Source of the DNA: Eledone cirrhosa
Taxonomy: Eukaryota
Direction: 5' to 3'
Length of the DNA: 64,000 nt
NCBI GenBank assembly: GCA_964016885.1
Contig: OZ024743.1
Coordinates: 184,140,001 to 184,204,000 of the forward strand
Shown here: positions 16,092 to 30,047 of the stretch, piece after piece
How the letters are laid out: every line of letters begins with the position of its first letter
Numbering within the stretch: the first letter of the stretch is position 1
Translations under genes and position numbers: made by a program
Notes under the pieces: generated by a model
Database searches by the model: none
Told to the model about the DNA's origin: nothing
The model's input: only the letters and a program-made list of their open reading frames with translations

Positions 16092-16537
16092 ATACATACA
16101 CAAACACAATAACAACAAGCACATAAACACACACTAGTCACCCATCACACAGCAAACAAAACACTACACACACGCAAACGCATGCGCAAAGAAGACAAAA
16201 TAAAATAAACAAACAAGCAAATAAATAAATAAATATATAGACAGACTGAATAAAAATGGCGTAGACATATAATACAACAGGAGGAAACGATAACACCACT
16301 GACGATGTTGCAGATGTGCAACGAAAGATTTATGATAATCTATATATATGTGTTTGTGTCTATATTATATCTGTATTATTTTTTACCGTCGGTCAGTCAA
16401 TGGCAACATTGAGGACCGAGTAAGTTAGATTACCGATATAAAAGACACAGAAGCGAGAAGCGAAAACCAACCAAACAGTGAGTGTGTTCTGTTATTAATT
16501 CTGGCAATATTACACAAATATGACCCTCCCCAAGTAT

Positions 16538-16543
<6 letters not shown>
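15601..16543 (+). mobile_element. PLE family B 3' fragment: Cys linker + GIY-YIG endonuclease (to 16041) + pseudo-LTR
   Basis: CTNRKCIIC...[12 protein letters not shown]...[16 protein letters not shown]...RQIREA...LNRKNEW. Paralogous to the family A C-terminus. Confidence 0.9.
16295..16336 (+). ncRNA. Minimal type I hammerhead in the family B pseudo-LTR
   Basis: ACCA-CTGACGA-T-GTTGCA-GATG-TGCAAC-GAAA-GATT-TA-TGAT. Confidence 0.75.
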
Positions 16544-16633
<90 letters not shown>

Positions 16634-16646
16634 TTATATACATATA

Positions 16647-17321
<675 letters not shown>

Positions 17322-17358
17322 TATATATATATATTTATATATATATATATATATATAT

Positions 17359-17465
<107 letters not shown>

Positions 17466-17496
17466 TACATATATATATACATATATATATATATAC

Positions 17497-17535
<39 letters not shown>

Positions 17536-17536
17536 A

Positions 17537-17579
<43 letters not shown>

Positions 17580-17588
17580 TTTATATAA

Positions 17589-17683
<95 letters not shown>

Positions 17684-17805
17684 GGTTGTGGAACCAACCA
17701 ACCAACCAGAAATTTATAAGTTTGTAGATTTGTGAATTTATAAATTTATAAATATATAATAAATTGAAGTGAAAGCAACTGGTGCGTGTGTTTCTTATTG
17801 GCAAC

Positions 17806-20800
17806 ATGACCCACCCAAAGTATAACAATATCGGTTTCAACACACGATTTCAGATAAAGAATCTTGCTAAACAAATTCAGAAACGAAATATCGTAAGCCT
17901 TAGCCAGTCTAACAAGATACTGAAAACCACCATGTTCTGTTGTCTACGAAAAACCATAACATCTCGACAACTATCCTTCATAAATCAGTGTGCCTCTTCC
18001 AGAATCTACACCAACACCATCAATACCGACGTTAGAAGATTACAACTCACCAAAAAACAACCAGATAGGCTAAAACGAACTTTAGTTCTAAACATAAAAA
18101 AGAAGATCTATAGAGAATTAAGTCATCAAGAAAAACAAAAGCGTAACCTAATACAAGAAATAGCTAGAATCACCACACCAACAGAGAAACTAATATTTAT
18201 AAGCCTTATACGCCCCGAAGAACAGTACATTACTCAAGAATGTGATAAGCACTTTAACAGGAAACTAAAGTGGCTTAAACAGGCAAAGCTAAATCAGGAT
18301 ACTATAGAGTATACCAATAGATATCCCGACAAAATTGACGGTATCAACATGGCCGACACCTCATTATCAGAAGAGTTCAACAACAAAAACACCAACATTT
18401 ATGGAAACGCAAAAATAGATAATGATGAAATGTCTGTGTTATGTTTGCCGCCCAAATTTGCGACATTCAAGAAGGTAAATGTGATTAGTTGTCTGTCAGA
18501 AATAGAAAAATCATTTACAAAACTACGCTGGAGCATCAAAAACAAAAGCAACAATATACGCACACACATATACAACACACATCCCAACAACAACAGACAC
18601 ACAGACACAAACAACAATAACAACAACACACACATCAACAACAACAACAATAGCAACATACCCAGAAACAACAACAACAGACACGCAGACACAAACAACA
18701 ATAACAACACACACAACAACGATACCACACACGGAGACAACAACAACACACATCAACAACAGCACACATCAACAACAACAACACACACGCATTCAATGCC
18801 TCTCACCACCACCACAATCTTAACAAACACACAGACACAGAAAACAAGTAATGACAGTAGCACAGAAATCAGAGAAATAAGGGAAAGTAATAAGATTAAA
18901 AGGAAAAGGAGATGGGAGACTAAGGACAAAGAGAATAACCAAGACGAACACACAGACACACAAAATAGGGTAGATAACAACATTGAGCCAGTGGAAAGAG
19001 ACAGGAGTAATTATGAGAGACATAGAAACAACCATGAGGCTGTTGGTGGAAATAGAAATAGAAACAACACAACTAACAATAACAATAGCACTAGTACACA
19101 TAAAGCAGCAGCCTGGAACTCTCCGTTTTATAATCCCTCCGATAAATCATTCGACCTGCGACGAGTCCACGCCACGACTTTACCATTTAACAAACGCACG
19201 CAATTGCCGTCGCAGGTCGATGAACAAACAGAAGCACAATTTAGTATAGCTAAATCCGAACTTAGAAATATTATAGAACGGTATAGCAAGAAGCATAATA
19301 GAATAGAGGCCCAGCAACTGGGAGAAAAATCTGCAAATGGCTTGCGTAAGCTCATGCAGCGCTCACGTAATGGAGAGATATCATGCTTTCCAACAGACAA
19401 GTCTGGCAGAATGTCGGTTGACAGCCTGCCAAACTACATCCAGGAAATGCAACCCCACATCACTAACACAAGAGAGGTAACACCACAGGAGCATGAGGAT
19501 AGAGAAAAAGCCCTCAATGACCATATGGTGATGTGGACGAATATAATGCAGCCCAACAAAAGGACTGCCAACAACTTCCAGGCCTGGAACAATGACGTGC
19601 CGGCGTTGTATGGGCTTCGAAAAGACCATAAAACGGGATGTGACCCTGTCGCGGGACCACCAACACGGCCAGTCTGTGGAGCTAACATTGCTAGTAACTA
19701 CAGACTGTCCTACTTCCTCTCCCAGATCATACGCCCCATCATTAAGATGTCCCCAGATGTATGTGACAGCACGGAGGACCTCCTCAGCAGAATCGGCGTG
19801 AGTAACCGATCTGGGGACCTAACAAACTGCATAATAGGCAGTATGGATGTTGCATCCCTGTATCCATCTATTGACGTGGATTTTGCTGTGGAGAAATGCG
19901 TAGAAATGATCAGCGAGAGCAAGGTTGAGTTCCGTGGGATTGATACCAGTGAGCTGGGACTTCTACTTAAGCTTACCCATAGTAATAGTTACCTAGACAC
20001 TTATGACCTTAGCAACCTGTGCCCTACAAGACCAGCAAGAGGAAGACCACCTACCATTACCTCAATGGCCAAGAAAACCCACACAGATAGATGGAACGGG
20101 TGGACCAGAGCCATACGGACACCCGAAAACCACGATGAACTGAAGAAAATGATTGCACATGCGGTAGGGGCCAGCATAAAATTAACCCTTAAGGAACATA
20201 TGTTCAAATTTAATGGAAAAACATATGCCCAAGAGGAAGGAGCAGCCATTGGTGTTAGCATTGCAGGCGACATAGCTAACTTATTCATGGTATGGTGGGA
20301 AAGTAGACTTAAACTTAAACTTAAAGAACAATTAGAAGACAGCTTAACCCTGATAATGTACTCCCGCTACGTAGATGATATAAACATCGTAGTTAAGACA
20401 CCCCCACTAGAGAACAGTCAGGAACTAGAGAAAAACACAATGGAAAACATCCAGAAAATAGCAAACTCCATCCACCAGAGCATTAGAGTTACTATAGACT
20501 ACCCAAGTAGACACCCCAACCATCGATTACCTGTACTAGACACAGAGCTCTGGTTAGATACCATTAACAACCAAAAACAAATCCTCCATTCCCATTATGC
20601 CAAACCCATCACTTCCAAACATCTGATCCACCGAAACTCGGCCATTTCGGACCATACCAAAATCAACATACTGATTGCGGATTTGGTACGGGTGATGAGA
20701 AATGTGTCCCGCATGTGCAACGCCGAAGAACTAGAGAGACACATACAACACTTCATCCACCGTATGCAGTTCTCTGGCTACAATCAGAGAGATAGAATCA

Positions 20801-21498
20801 GAGTGTATAGAGGAGCCAGAACCAAATGGGAAAAAATGGTAAATAATGACATAAATGGGACCTGCCCCTTGTATAGGAGCAAATTTTGGAATAGAATAGA
20901 AAGAACTAGGAACAAGGCCAATAGAATAAACTCATGGTATGATAGCAATAAATACCAGAGTATAATGTTCATCAATACAACCCCTAGAGGCGAACTAGCC
21001 TACAAATTTAGAAGGGCCCTAAATAAACATAAACTCAATATTAAGATAGTAGAAAGACCAGGTACCTCCGTAAAAACACTTATTAGCAATACATACCCGT
21101 TCCAAAGACCCTCATGTATAGATAAGAAATGTATAACCTGTAAAATAAGCCCCCATATTAACTGTAAAACTAGAAATGTAGTGTATAGCATAAGATGTAC
21201 TGAAGGACAATGTAGAAACAAAAATATAGTGTACATAGGTGAGACAGCTCGTAGTATAGGGGAACGGATAAATGAACACTGGCGAGACCTTCCAGATAAT
21301 AAAGAATCATCTGTACTCTACCAACATGCTAAGATAGAACACAAGCGTAAATTAGAGAACATAGAAATAAAAATAGAATCCACACACAGAAAAGATGCAA
21401 TGTTGAGGCAAATTACAGAGGCAGTAAGCATAAAAGAATTACAACCAAAATTAAATAGAAAATATGAGTGGAACAGCAACATCACAACTTACAATTAA
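17806..21498 (+). CDS. PLE polyprotein: N-terminal domain, Asn/Thr-rich linker, RT, Cys linker, GIY-YIG endonuclease (about 1230 aa, uninterrupted)
   Basis: [60 protein letters not shown]...YIGETAR, RQITEA, LNRKYEW. First ATG at 17806. Confidence 0.93.
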   Translation: MTHPKYNNIGFNTRFQIKNLAKQIQKRNIVSLSQSNKILKTTMFCCLRKTITSRQLSFINQCASSRIYTNTINTDVRRLQLTKKQPDRLKRTLVLNIKKKIYRELSHQEKQKRNLIQEIARITTPTEKLIFISLIRPEEQYITQECDKHFNRKLKWLKQAKLNQDTIEYTNRYPDKIDGINMADTSLSEEFNNKNTNIYGNAKIDNDEMSVLCLPPKFATFKKVNVISCLSEIEKSFTKLRWSIKNKSNNIRTHIYNTHPNNNRHTDTNNNNNNTHINNNNNSNIPRNNNNRHADTNNNNNTHNNDTTHGDNNNTHQQQHTSTTTTHTHSMPLTTTTILTNTQTQKTSNDSSTEIREIRESNKIKRKRRWETKDKENNQDEHTDTQNRVDNNIEPVERDRSNYERHRNNHEAVGGNRNRNNTTNNNNSTSTHKAAAWNSPFYNPSDKSFDLRRVHATTLPFNKRTQLPSQVDEQTEAQFSIAKSELRNIIERYSKKHNRIEAQQLGEKSANGLRKLMQRSRNGEISCFPTDKSGRMSVDSLPNYIQEMQPHITNTREVTPQEHEDREKALNDHMVMWTNIMQPNKRTANNFQAWNNDVPALYGLRKDHKTGCDPVAGPPTRPVCGANIASNYRLSYFLSQIIRPIIKMSPDVCDSTEDLLSRIGVSNRSGDLTNCIIGSMDVASLYPSIDVDFAVEKCVEMISESKVEFRGIDTSELGLLLKLTHSNSYLDTYDLSNLCPTRPARGRPPTITSMAKKTHTDRWNGWTRAIRTPENHDELKKMIAHAVGASIKLTLKEHMFKFNGKTYAQEEGAAIGVSIAGDIANLFMVWWESRLKLKLKEQLEDSLTLIMYSRYVDDINIVVKTPPLENSQELEKNTMENIQKIANSIHQSIRVTIDYPSRHPNHRLPVLDTELWLDTINNQKQILHSHYAKPITSKHLIHRNSAISDHTKINILIADLVRVMRNVSRMCNAEELERHIQHFIHRMQFSGYNQRDRIRVYRGARTKWEKMVNNDINGTCPLYRSKFWNRIERTRNKANRINSWYDSNKYQSIMFINTTPRGELAYKFRRALNKHKLNIKIVERPGTSVKTLISNTYPFQRPSCIDKKCITCKISPHINCKTRNVVYSIRCTEGQCRNKNIVYIGETARSIGERINEHWRDLPDNKESSVLYQHAKIEHKRKLENIEIKIESTHRKDAMLRQITEAVSIKELQPKLNRKYEWNSNITTYN

Positions 21499-21702
21499 GG
21501 ACAAAATGAAAACACACACACACATAGAACAAACAACCAACCAACAACATGTAAATAAATAAACAAATAGATAAATGAACACAAACACACACAGACACCC
21601 GGATGTGGCGCATGCGCAAACTGAGCACACAACACACACACAGAAACAAAATGGCGTAGGACAGAAGAAAGGAAAGGCACAGAAACAAAGAAAGGAATCC
21701 CC

Positions 21703-21747
21703 AGTCACTGAAGAGGTCACAGAGTGTGTGACGAAAGGACTATGACT
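21703..21747 (+). ncRNA. Minimal type I hammerhead, family A pseudo-LTR
   Basis: AGTCA-CTGAAGA-G-GTCAC-AGAGTGT-GTGAC-GAAA-GGAC-TA-TGACT. Copies at 27367-27411(-), 38138-38182(-), 41092-41136(+), 63195-63239(+). Confidence 0.88.
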
Positions 21748-22020
21748 ATATATAAACAACTATCTGGTTGTAGAACCAACCAACCAACCAGAAATTTATA
21801 AGTTTGTAGATTTGTGAATTTATAAATTTATAAATATATAATAAATTGAAGTGAAAGCAACTGGTGCGTGTGTTTCTTATTGGCAACATGACCCTCCCAA
21901 AGTATAACAATATCGGTTTCAACACACGATTTCAGATAAAGAATCTTGCTAAACAAATTCAGAAACGAAATATATATATATATATATATATATAGATATA
22001 TATGTATATATATATATAAG

Positions 22021-22073
<53 letters not shown>

Positions 22074-22074
22074 G

Positions 22075-22233
<159 letters not shown>

Positions 22234-22251
22234 GTATATATATATAAACAC

Positions 22252-22286
<35 letters not shown>

Positions 22287-22287
22287 A

Positions 22288-22907
22288 TATATTTAAAAAC
22301 ACACAGATACATGCGGACACACACATATATACATGAATGCATCCGCACCCAACTGTGAGTTAAGGGTGCCAACTTCACCGATGTTGCTCAATGAATGACT
22401 GGGACAGACCAATTCAGTTTGAACCAGACTGAACCAGTATCAGAGTTAAAAATACATTATGAAGAGAGAAGAAACATTTAGATATAATTAGTAATAAAAT
22501 GTATCATACCTAAACTGTTCCTAAATTCCTCGACTACGTAGTTTCGTGGCATAAACAAAAACAATATATCAAAGATATAGAGTCCTTGCGAGGTCTGCCA
22601 ACTTATCAAGAGGATACCTCATTTTACTAGTCTCAAGAACGCGTCTACACGACGTGAGAAAGAATCCCAAAAGGCGGAGGGGGAGATAGTCACGCGATAT
22701 AACGGTCGAGAAACAGAGCTAAGCCTCTTATAACCACGAAGAAAATACCACGGAGGCGGAGGGGGTATTCATATCGAGGCCGTAGAAGAGGTAGTGAAGA
22801 AGGCGAGAAGTATGAGTAATGGAAGCTTTCCAGTTGTCCCCACACTTCAAAGATTGCTCGACCAGAGGGAGTTATTAATATATTTAAAAACACACAGATA
22901 CATGCGG

Positions 22908-22917
<10 letters not shown>
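22288..22917 (-). mobile_element. Family I non-coding element, 591-bp monomer in partial tandem
   Basis: atttaaaaacacacagatacatgcggacac at 22291 and 22882. (TA)n flanks. Confidence 0.8.
22527..22614 (-). ncRNA. Type I hammerhead with U3-A8 core and long stem II
   Basis: Minus strand: CCTC-TTGATAA-GTTGGCA...TGCCAC-GAAA-CTACGTAG-TC-GAGG. Confidence 0.82.
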
Positions 22918-22983
<66 letters not shown>

Positions 22984-23018
22984 AAATATATATATATATG
23001 TATATATATATGTATATA

Positions 23019-23063
<45 letters not shown>

Positions 23064-23083
23064 CACTCCTTGATTCATCAACG

Positions 23084-23857
23084 ATGGCCGATCTACTAAA
23101 TGAAACTATTGACCTCCCAGTAGCCTCTGTCTCACAGCAGGAAACGCCACATCCTTTCTCTGGCCCAGCAGTCCAATCATCACCACTGCCAACATCTTCT
23201 TCTCTGCCTACTACTACTACTACTACTACAACATCTTTGGCTACTGCTATCTCAAGGAATTTACCTTATAATTTACCTTCTAATACCAAAACAAGAACTC
23301 TCCCTCCCACAGTCCACAAATGTCGTCAAATCCTACTCAAACCATCATCTACACCTCTCACAACACACACACCCACATACCCACCCACTCGAAACCCCAT
23401 CATTTGCCGCTACTCTCTACGCTATAGAATATGTACGGATAGTGGCTGCAAATTCATCCATTTACCTAGGACAAAACGATCTATCCCCACAAACAGCCAC
23501 CACCATAATACATACTCTAATTTAACACCAACACAACCACCAATAACTCAAACAAGGAATCCACAAATCTGCCGCTTTTCCCTGCGAGACAGATTGTGTT
23601 TAGACCGGGATTGTCCCTTTACCCATCTCCCGGGGACCCGTCGGACAAATGAAAATAAAATTAAAAATAAAAGCAAAAACAAAAACCATAACCTACATAA
23701 AAATAACCACTACCACAGTCACCAACAGTCTTCTAAACAGGAAACTTCTTCCTCTTTTTTAGCCATAATGAATCTGGCAAAAGAACTGGAAAAAAACATT
23801 CGAGCTATCACCCAGCACCATCCTCCACTATCACCCCACTGCACAAACTCCCATTGA
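23084..23857 (+). CDS. LINE ORF1 (possibly partial) with two CCCH-type zinc fingers
   Basis: [20 protein letters not shown] and [20 protein letters not shown] (C-x8-C-x4-C-x3-H). Stop overlaps the ORF2 start. Confidence 0.75.
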   Translation: MADLLNETIDLPVASVSQQETPHPFSGPAVQSSPLPTSSSLPTTTTTTTTSLATAISRNLPYNLPSNTKTRTLPPTVHKCRQILLKPSSTPLTTHTPTYPPTRNPIICRYSLRYRICTDSGCKFIHLPRTKRSIPTNSHHHNTYSNLTPTQPPITQTRNPQICRFSLRDRLCLDRDCPFTHLPGTRRTNENKIKNKSKNKNHNLHKNNHYHSHQQSSKQETSSSFLAIMNLAKELEKNIRAITQHHPPLSPHCTNSH

Positions 23858-26800
23858 TGCCATTAACAAACAAACAAATTAACAACACACCAAAACAATT
23901 AAAACCATCCACTCTCGCCTCTACATTTTTGCTTAACGCCCAAGGCATCAGCCCTTCCACCAATACTCAAAAATGGAAGATCAAATTCCTGGAGGACTGG
24001 ATTGATGTCCATCCAAACCACATCCCTTTCTTCGTCCTCACTGAAACCCATCTCAGTAACCTCCACTTGGAAGCCGAGGTGAAAGTGAAAAATTTCAAAG
24101 CCATCCGTGCTGATCGCGCTGGCAGAAGAAAGGGCGGAACTGCCATTTATGTCCATAATTCTTTCTCAACAGAGGCTATGAACATATTCACTAATGGATA
24201 CTGTGAAGCAGTCACTGTATTCAGTCAAACCAACAACCTAATAGTAGTTGGGCTCTATAGGCCACCCCAAACGCCTGTACCATGCTTCAAGGAATGCCTC
24301 AACAGCATAAAGTGTTTCATCCAAGAGTGTCACCCTGACAACATCTTAATGATGGGGGACTTCAACCTCCCCGGAGTTGACTGGTCCACAAACAGCCTGC
24401 CACCAGGTTCTTCTGCCTCAACCCCTCACAGGGAAGCAGTGGAATGAATCGCTTCTTGACTTCATGAATGATTTCTTCCTATCCCAACTGGTGCTCGAAC
24501 CAACGAGGTGCCACAAAAACGTCCTAGACTTAATTTTCAGCAATCACACTGACAATATCCACAATATTGCAGTGGAGAAAACTCTACTCTCTGATCATGA
24601 CATGGTTCTCTGTGATCTGAGATTCCACCGTCCAATATACAAACCCAATGTCATCTCTCCTGTCCATCCGTTTGACGCTATGGATTTCCACAATGTAAAG
24701 GGAAGCGATCAGTCATGATCTTGCACATGTCGACTGGTCCTTCACGCACACTCATACACCCACTAACATCAAAAAGTCCTGGCAGACACTTGTGGACACT
24801 GTTACAAACATATGTGCAAAACACACCCCATTAAGAACTATAAACAAATCTAAGAGCAAAATCCCTAGAAATAGAAAAACGCTCATCAGGAAAATTAAGA
24901 GAACGAACAAAAAAATCAACAAGCTGAAATACTGTCAGCAGCAACACATCAACTTGACTGCCATTTCATCACTAGAGATTAAAAAACATAACCTCCAAAA
25001 CAATATGATGTCTATCATCAACAATCAGAGAAGAGCTGAAGAGACCTGGGCCATTGAGAAGATCAAACTAAATCCCAAAGTGTTCTTTTCATTTGCCAAA
25101 AAACACAAAATCACTGGCTCCACTGTTGGCCCTCTAATTGATGAAAATGGCACTCTTCAAGACAATGCTAAAACCATGGGTGAGATACTGCAGAAACAAT
25201 ACTGCTCTGTTTTCAGCAATCCTGATATGGCCGATCTGGGCTGTATCGGCGATGTTACTCCCCATTACACCTTATCGGACATAACGTTTGGCGCCCCTGA
25301 TGTCTTAGCGGCAATAAAGGAAATCAAGCATAATTCAGCAGTAGGTCCCGATAGGTTCCCTGCTTGTGTCTTGAGGGCGTGTCAACACCAACTTGCATCT
25401 CCTCTTGCCAATCTGTGGCGGAACTCACTGGATGCTGGATATGTGCCAGAAAACCTTCTATCCCAGTCTGTTGTCCCAGTTTTCAAAAAAGGAAACAAAT
25501 CCGTTGCCGTGAATTACCGTCCAATCTCACTCACCTCTCATATCATTAAGGTATTTGAGAGAGTGGTGAGATCGCGAATTACTCACTTCCTTGAGAGTAA
25601 TAATATGCTGAACTCCAATCGTAATGGAAGGGATTGCCTGACGCAGCTACTGCATCACTTTGATGACATTTTGAGAGCCTTGGGAGAGGGTTCCAACACT
25701 GATGTTATCTACCTTGATTTCAGCAAGGCCTTTGACAGGGTTGATCATAACATTCTACTGAGAAAGCTGTCCAATATTGGTGTCACTGGAAAGCTGCTGC
25801 AGTGGATCAAGAGCTTCCTGTCAAACAGAACCCAACATGTTGTAGTTGAAGGAGTCAAATCCAGCCCAGCCAAAGTCAGTAGTGGGGTCCCACAAGGCAC
25901 TGTGTTGGGCCCACTTCTCTTCATCATCTATATTAATGACATCACTGACATCATCAAACACAGCAACATTAACATTTTCGCTGATGATTCCAAGCTCCAA
26001 AAGGTCATCAATGGCGTGGATGACCGGATAAGCCTTCAGTCAGACCTACTGGCTGTTACCCAATTGGCGGAAAAGAACAACATGTTACTGAACGAAGACA
26101 AATTCGAACTGATCCACTTTGGAAAAGAGGATGCTCTGAAACTCCCGTACTCCCTTCCCTCAGGGGAAACTCTCGTGGCATCTAACAACATCAGAGACTT
26201 GGGAGTAACCGTGGACAGCAACATAAGCTGGGCCACGCATATAAGCAGCAAAGTTGACATGGCCCGCAGAATGTGTTCCTGGATCCTCAGAACCTTCCAG
26301 TCGAGAGATTCCCACACCATTATCCTTCTCTTCTCTACTTTTGCCCGACCACACCTTGAATACTGTTGTCCACTGTGGTCTCCCCACACGAAACAAAGTA
26401 TCATGAAACTTGAAGATCCTCAAAGAGCAATCACGAAAAAGATAGATGGCATGTCAGACCTTGACTAGTGGGGTCGACTAGAAAAGCTGAAACTTTACTC
26501 ACTCCAACGTCGCCGTGAGCGTTATATTATCTGCATGATGTGGAAAATGTTCCATCATCACTGCCCAAATGATGTTGGCATCGCCTTCAAGATACACCCA
26601 AGGCTTGGGCCCCGTGCTATCCGTCCCAAACAAAAATCTAAATCGCAACTCATAACAACAATACGGCACAATTATTTCACCTCAATTGGCCCTGCTCTCT
26701 TCAACATCACACCAGGACACGTCAACACAGAAACTGACCACACAAAATTCAAGAAGTCTTTGGACAAATTCCTCCAAGTAATCCCGGACAAACCACCCAC

Positions 26801-26864
26801 ACCCGGATATGTCTCCGCAAACAGTAATTCTCTTCTCGAATGGGCCATGGTGCCCAAATCCTGA
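23854..26864 (+). pseudogene. LINE ORF2 (APE endonuclease + RT), frameshifts near 24445 and 24700, stop at 26466
   Basis: LNAQG, LTETHL, MGDFN, YLDFSKAFDRVDH, SGVPQGTVLGPLLF, FADD. Confidence 0.9.
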
Positions 26865-26975
26865 ATTGAAAGACTTCGCCAGGTGGTGCTATTAAGTTAG
26901 ACATGGCCTGGGCCAATACTGGCCAAAACATTTCAAAGTTATACATATATATGTATATATATATGTATATATATA

Positions 26976-27009
<34 letters not shown>

Positions 27010-27010
27010 C

Positions 27011-27085
<75 letters not shown>

Positions 27086-27150
27086 CATATATATATACAT
27101 ATATATATATACTTATATATATGTATATACATATATATGTATATATATAT

Positions 27151-27826
27151 ATTTCGTTTCTGAATTTGTTTAGCAAGATTCTTTATCTGAAATCGTGTGT
27201 TGAAACCGATATTGTTATACTTTGGGAGGGCCATGTTGCCAATAAGAAACACACGCACCAGTTGCTTTCACTTCAATTTATTATATATTTATAAATTTAT
27301 AAATTTACAAATCTACAAATTTCTGGTTGGTTGGTTGGTTCCACAACCAGATAGTTGTTTATATATAGTCATAGTCCTTTCGTCACACACTCTGTGACCT
27401 CTTCAGTGACTGGGGATTCCTTTCTTTGTTTCTGTGCCTTTCCTTTCTTCTATCCTACGCCATTTTGTTTCTGTGTGTGTGTTGTGTGCTCAGTTTGCGC
27501 ATGCGCCACATCCGGGTGTCTGTGTGTGTTTGTGTTCATTTATCTATTTGTTTATTTATTTATTTATTTATTGTTGGTTGGTTGTTTGTTCTATGTGTGT
27601 GTGTGTTTTCATTTTGTCCTTAATTGTAGGTTGTGATGTTGCTGTTCCACTCATATTTTCTATTTAATTTTGGTTGTAATTCTTTTATGCTTACTGCCTC
27701 TGTAATTTGCCTAAACATTGCATCTTTTCTGTGTGGATTCTATTTTTATTTCTATGTTCTCTAATCTACCCCTGTGCTCTATGTTAGCATGTTGGTAGAG
27801 CACAGATGATTCTTTATTATCTTGAT
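27151..27826 (-). mobile_element. PLE family A 3' fragment (end of endonuclease + pseudo-LTR with HHR)
   Basis: Reverse complement of about 21292-21970. Confidence 0.92.
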
Positions 27827-28200
27827 TACAAATCAATAACATCCTTAGTATTCCCCCATAGATTAAAATGAACCTTTTCCCTAACGGTAGGTATAATCAG
27901 GTCAAGAATTTTCTTACTAATTATAACTATATCAGACTTAGAAGGACTGATAAGTCTAACAGAAGGATTACTAATGAAGTCTACCCTATGATCCTTAAGT
28001 GTGAATCTCGGTTCCCTAGGGTAATATGGCTGGGTATACTTATCAAGACCCAGATCCGAAACTATCTTGAGGCACTCAATATTGATTTGATTTAAATTAT
28101 CCTGCGGTGTCTTTTTGTAATTTTTATGCAGCTCCTTATAAATAAAATTACGGTAAGCAATATAATCCATAGTTTAATTTTGAGTCTCCTACATCTAAAA
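27826..28200 (-). pseudogene. Fragment of a different PLE RT N-terminal region (Hydra-clade-like)
   Basis: PRFTLKDHRVDFISNPSVRLISPSKSDIVIISKKILD...LWGNTKDVI resembles PLE RT motifs 1-2. Clade assignment from recall only. Confidence 0.65.
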
Positions 28201-29528
28201 CTAATGAACCTCCTCCTTTCCACACTTAATATTCGCCCCTTTTTATTATATTATAGATAAATTTTACTTTTATGCTCCTTCTTATGATATTTTACTTTTA
28301 TGCTCCTTCCTATAAAAATATCTTTTGGCTACCATACCATATCTATCTTCTTAAATATTATATTTTCACTATTAACACCTTATGAGTTTATATCTGATTA
28401 TATATTTTATTTGGATTATCATTTAGATAATTAAACCCCCCCCCCCCCCACAGACTTGTCATTCGCCCCTTCAATTATACTATAATTATATTCAATTCCC
28501 TCTTATGCTCCTTTCTATTGTATTATACAGTATATTGATTATGATTTTATGCTCCTTCGTATCCTCCATACCTTTCTTTTTTCTGTTCCCATTGGCCTAC
28601 CATATTTCTATTTAAGGTCCTTTTATTAGATAACGTTATTCAACTGAAAGTAGAATATTTCATTCTATTCTGGATATTTTTATTGAGATATCTTAAACTT
28701 TGGAGATTTTGATAACTTAAACCATAGCTAATTTTGTATTGACTTATTATGTATTTTAAATACTTTCTATATTAATTAATTTAATAAGGTTTTCTAGTCA
28801 TTTATCCGGGTTTGATTCCTAATTTTTTTTACTTAACTGCTTGTGACACCTAAGTAAATATATTTGTTTTTGTTTTTCGATTTCCGGTTGATTTTATTTA
28901 TATTTTTTTTACTACCGTGCGTAGTTTCTGTCTGGTTCTTATTCACTTATTCACATATGTCTGTCTACCAACCATGTAATTATGTATACTATACTATGTT
29001 TGTTATTTGATATTGAAGTTGTTATATCATATCTCTTTATGTAATCGTACTGTAGATCTTAAATATTTACCGATTTATTCGATGTACCCTTATGTTAAAT
29101 TTTGTAAATTCTGTAATATGTTTATATTTTTATAATTTTTATAATGTTTAGATAATATTTATTTATACCAATTGTATAAAAACTCGACCTCCGTCTGTTT
29201 TGTTACAACGGTATAGATATTTTTCCAGCACAATTTTTTCAACACAATTCAATTCTGTATGATTTTTTTCTCACCCTGTGTGTAACTTTATATGATTTGT
29301 TAAGCTATATGCCAATATATTATAATATTGTTATTATAGTGTTATTGTAATATTTATATTAATTGTGCAAATTGACCGGAGATTATAAATTATATAGTAT
29401 ATTATATATTATATTTTTATTTTTATTCATTTCTTTATCATTTTATACTGTAAATAATATATGTATTATATTTATATTTAAACTCTTAATAAGTGTTAGT
29501 TTGTGTTTGTATTGATGGATATGTGTAT

Positions 29529-29634
<106 letters not shown>

Positions 29635-29926
29635 GTATATATATATATGTGTATATTGGGCCTTTTAATATTATTATTATTATCATTATTAATTATATTA
29701 TATTATATTATATTATATATCGTACTGTAATTCTCGCTTTATATCACCACTTGTGTTTAGCTTTAGTTTTTGCATTGTACTATATTTTTAATATGGGTTC
29801 AAAATGTTATTTACTTCCTTAGCAATTTTGACTTGATAATTTTCCTATGCTTTAATGTATGTATACTCCATATTCTTCTGAGTTTGGGGCTTGTATTGGC
29901 CGATAGTGCTTCTTATAGCTTTACTT

Positions 29927-29964
29927 GCCCTGATGAGTCCTTAATAGGACGAAACATTGTTGGC
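29927..29964 (+). ncRNA. Canonical minimal type I hammerhead at the end of an AT-rich non-coding tract (28200-30012)
   Basis: GCC-CTGATGA-GTCC-TTAATA-GGAC-GAAA-CATTG-TT-GGC. Confidence 0.9.
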
Positions 29965-30009
29965 TAATAAAGACTTTTGATGTATTGAAGGCTTCTTTGG
30001 TTTATTTTC

Positions 30010-30046
<37 letters not shown>

Positions 30047-30047
<1 letters not shown>

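Larger units (their letters stand above)
17683..21970 (+). mobile_element. Apparently full-length Penelope-like element, family A (Naiad/Neptune-like architecture), inserted in (TA)n
   Basis: Single ORF. About 206-bp direct terminal repeat (17683-17889 vs 21765-21970) extending into the ORF start. HHR at 21703. Confidence 0.93.
23063..26941 (+). mobile_element. CR1-group LINE family 1, copy 2, with ORF1 and a disrupted ORF2
   Basis: ORF1 23084-23857. ORF2 pieces span 23854-26864. (TA)n on both sides. Confidence 0.92.

Noticed and set aside
17806-21498. Selenoprotein-type PLE (in-frame UGA plus SECIS, as reported for some Naiad elements)
   Set aside because: The family A ORF and the family B endonuclease fragment contain no in-frame TGA; the cysteines are TGT/TGC.
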